A program made the position numbers and the translations under genes. Below, one piece after another: positions 56,891-64,000 of a stretch of DNA of 64,000 bases. The notes beneath the pieces are model-generated. The model ran no database searches, was not told the DNA's origin, and saw only the letters and a list, made by a program, of their open reading frames with translations. The DNA is taken from the NCBI RefSeq assembly GCF_009914755.1, contig NC_060935.1; one strand, 5' to 3'. The stretch is from the human T2T-CHM13v2.0 reference genome, Homo sapiens. Numbering within the stretch: position 1 is the first letter of the stretch; every line of letters starts with the position of its first letter.

Positions 56891-57386
56891 AAAGAGGCCA
56901 GGATGTCTGGTTGTTACTGCCACTGTTTCACATATCCCTGAAGGACCTGCCCAATGCTAAAGAAACACAAGGAAGGTAAGAGGTGAAAGAGAAGAAATGA
57001 AACTATCATTGTTTGAAGATGACACCATCTTTTACATAGAAAACCTGTTAGAATCAAATGGCAAGCTATTAGAACTACTAAGAGAATTCAGTGAGGCTGC
57101 TGTATTCATGGCAAAATTTTAACAATTGATAGCATTTCTCTGCAACATTCCTTAATAGTTATAAAATACAGCACAAAGTAGTACCAAAAATATTAACTAT
57201 CTAGGAAATAACCTCTTACAGAGAAAATTTAGTCTGTTAAAGGATAAACAGTGGCAATGTACGTCATGTCCACAGAGATTATATTTTAGCTTAGCAAAGA
57301 TACCAATTCTCCCAAATTTATTTATAAATTAAATGCAATGTGAATCAAAATTTCCCACTGGAATTTTTATCAGGAAGGCAACAAAT

Positions 57387-57388
<2 letters not shown>

Positions 57389-57418
<30 letters not shown>

Positions 57419-57496
57419 TATTTATTTCTTTCTTTCTTTCTTTCCTTCCTTCCTTCCTTCCTTCCTTCCTTCCTTCCTTCCTTCCTTCCTTCCTTC

Positions 57497-57538
<42 letters not shown>

Positions 57539-57575
57539 CTCTCTCTTTCTCTCTCCCCCCCTCTCTCTCTCTCTG

Positions 57576-57614
<39 letters not shown>

Positions 57615-57908
57615 CTTTTTAAGACAAAGTCTGGCTCTGTCACCCAGGCTGCAGTGCAGTGATACAATCTCAGCTCACTGAAACCTCAACCTCTCCGGCA
57701 TCAGGTGAACCTCCCACCTCAGCCCCCCGAGTAGCTGGGACTACAGGTGCACACCACTGGGCCTAGATAACTTTTTGTATTTATTGTAAATAAACACAAA
57801 AAATAAATATTTTGCTCAGGTTGGTCTGGAACTCCTGGGCTCAAGCAATCCGCCTGCCTTGGCCTCCCAAAGTGCTAGAATTACAGTTGTGAGCCACCAC
57901 ACCCAGCC
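57389..57908 (-). mobile_element. AluJ with tail expanded into a compound (TTTC/TTCC/TC)n microsatellite (57389-57620)
   Basis: ~230-bp polypyrimidine tract followed by reverse-complement Alu. Confidence 0.9.
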
Positions 57909-57955
57909 AATAAATTAATTCTTTATGATGAATAAGTTATCTATGAAAATTAAGT

Positions 57956-58251
<296 letters not shown>

Positions 58252-58269
58252 GAGAAGTTAAGTCAATGA

Positions 58270-59513
<1,244 letters not shown>

Positions 59514-60295
59514 ATGAGCGAACAGGGGACATGTACTGGTCTCTGAGATGGGGGATCATGGGATCTGCCACAAGTGGGGAGACCACTGTGACCCCTGCCA
59601 CAGTCTTTGGGGCAGAGGGTGTCTCGGGGGCAGAAGAAGCGAGAGTTGTTTGCAGTAGCAGTTATGTCCAAAGTGGGCGCCAGGAAAGTAGGGCTGCCCA
59701 GCTTTGAAGAGCCTCCTTACTCCCAGCCTGAATGAAACCATTTCCTGTAAAGCGCTAAGCATAAAGTTTGCCAATGGTGATCCACGGAGAAGTGAGTGTA
59801 CCCCACCCCGCCATCCCACAGGGAATGTCGGAGTGATGTTGATCTGCACCTAGGGAAGGAATGGTTCATGAGATGTGGTGGAGATGCTGAGGGCCCGTGG
59901 ACATCAGATCCTACCCTACCTGTGCCAGGACAAGCCATGCGCATGTGCTTCAGACCACCAGGCAACAGGAGTGTTGCATGAGGTGTGAAGCAGGCACCTG
60001 GGAAAGAGGAGTGTGAACAGCAGATGGGACACACTGGGGGCAGTCATAGGAATGAAATGTCCCAGGATGGATGCAGGCAGGTTATGGAGGACTTAGTGAG
60101 GACTGCTCTCCTGGTGGGAATTGTGGAGTGGGAGACTGGATGGAGACTGGAGGTGTTTTAAGTAGGGAAGCCAACTTGCAAGGGTGACCAGGGAAACTAT
60201 GTCGGCCAAGGGTGAGACATGCACTGGCAAGACTCTCAGACAGCCTGGCTTATCTAAGCAGAATGCTTGAGCCATGCCAACGGTGCCTCGCAAGT

Positions 60296-61181
<886 letters not shown>

Positions 61182-61184
61182 TGA

Positions 61185-61301
61185 ATATATATATATGTGT
61201 GTGTGTGTGTGTGTATATATATGTATATATGTGTATATATGTGTGTATATATATATGTATATATGTATATATATATGTATATATGTATATATATATGTAT
61301 A
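61185..61301. repeat. (TA)n/(GT)n microsatellite followed by an Alu right arm (61305-61480)
   Basis: Direct reading. Confidence 0.9.
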
Positions 61302-61600
61302 TTGGGGCAGGCGTGGTGGCTCATGCCTGTGGTCCTAACTACTTGAGAGTCTGAGGTGGGAGGATTGCTTGAGCCTGGGAGATCGAGGCTGCTGTGAGCT
61401 GAGACTACACCACTGCACTCCAGCTTGGGTGACAGAGTGAGACCCTGTCTCCAAAAAAACAAAAAGAAAAAGAAAAAAAGATGGAAAAAGACATGAAAAA
61501 ACAACAACAGAAATACCCACACATCATCAATGGGAGGGAAGCATCTTGAGGCAGCAAAGCGGGAGTGCTAGTAGAGAGGCAGATAGGGCGTTGGACCTGA

Positions 61601-62264
<664 letters not shown>

Positions 62265-63081
62265 TTAAGTCATCCTTATCCTCAGTCTGTCTATGAGTGG
62301 TATGTACCCCTGTTCCCCTTGCAAGATCTGCTGGGCTTAGGTCTCCTGGCTGTGAGTTCCCCATACCTGGGCATAAATGTAGTGAGCCTGAGCTCCCAAA
62401 TAAGGTTGGGGGCTCCAGAGAGGTGGAGAGCCCTGTGTCTGGGAAGTGTGCCCACCCAGCAGGTCTGACCAGGAAGATACACTGCTAGGGTTATGGAAAA
62501 AGACTATGTGTCAAGGTCTCTTGATTCTCCATCTAGGCAGAGAATCATCTTTAATTAATGGGAAACTGGAAGGCAAATTACTTGGACCTGAAATTACTTT
62601 TTGTTTATTGAACCACTGTGTTGTAAATCACATCTCTCTGAAGGCAAGAGAAATCAGGGAGTTACAAAATGTTTAGGAGAACTAAACAGGACTCCCTGTT
62701 TTGCTAACTAATCAGATTGAGACAGGCTCTCTGGTAAATCTACAAATTTGATGTTGTTCAACCATAAGCAGTAAATTTCCTATGCTGGATTTTCCTGACA
62801 ATGAATGTAAAAGGAAAAGGAGTCTTTTTGACAAAATATTTTATTGTTCATCTAAACTGAAAAACTTCTCTATTTTTCAAAATTGCTATACGTGTTTAAA
62901 GATGTAGATATTTGAATAGCCTAACTGGTACAGAAGGTTTAATGATGATTCCTAAGACATACCTATAAATTACTTGAAATTGAAACGAAATTTAAGAAGA
63001 ATTATTGGAATTTTCCCCTTCTCAAATGAGTTCTTAGTTTCATAAATACTATACAAGTCCATAAGAGATTTGGGGTTTTGA

Positions 63082-63369
<288 letters not shown>

Positions 63370-63754
63370 TGAAAAGGAATAAAGTGCAATATTTTTAAAC
63401 AGAATGCAGAGTTCTGTTGTCCTTTGGCAATACCAGTTTCAGACTCTGAGAGTGGCTCTTGCTGTTGCCGACAGTGGGCTGATGACCAAATCCCAACATG
63501 CCCCCGCTGCGAGTCCTTCATAACCTGATTCAGTCATCACTTAGAGGCCAGCAGGCTTCAGGGAGGCGTGAGCCTCAGCCAACAACCTATAGGGGAAGAG
63601 ACGCAGAACTCAATGCAGACAGGTTTGGATTCTGGTGCCTAGAGAATGCAACTTGGAAACTCTGAGCCAGGAGAAAAGGGTTCTCTCTCCATGAGAGAGT
63701 GTGGGCTTTGTGAGAAGCGACACACAGCAAACACAATTAAGAGTCCACCCCTCA

Positions 63755-64000
<246 letters not shown>

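Overview
Human (primate) genomic DNA from the MRGPRX/SAA cluster (chr11p15.1 by gene content). In order: a disabled MRGPRX GPCR pseudogene (+, 2069-2857); a full-length THE1 MaLR; a nested stack of insertions (old L1 > L1PB > MLT2A LTR > 5.5-kb processed SLC25A51 pseudogene); MER52; a 5'-inverted L1; the intact SAA4 gene (-, CDS 41425-36988, 130 aa); and the intact SAA2 gene (-, CDS 53513-50875, 122 aa) with its TATA/NF-kB/C/EBP promoter and a 5S rRNA retropseudogene in intron 1. The rest is mostly Alu, L1, L2, MIR, LTR and hAT repeats; almost all ORFs in the supplied track are repeat-derived and non-coding. I see no wholly new gene system. The best leads are splice-level: an in-frame SAA2-SAA4 read-through, an LTR-donated alternative SAA2 last exon, a donor site created inside the 5S pseudogene, a stop-free 234-nt exon2+3 module, and a perfect 19-bp inverted copy of the SAA2 exon-1/donor junction 1.5 kb upstream. 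Pseudogene locus symbols, reference alleles and repeat subfamily names are from memory, not from a search.
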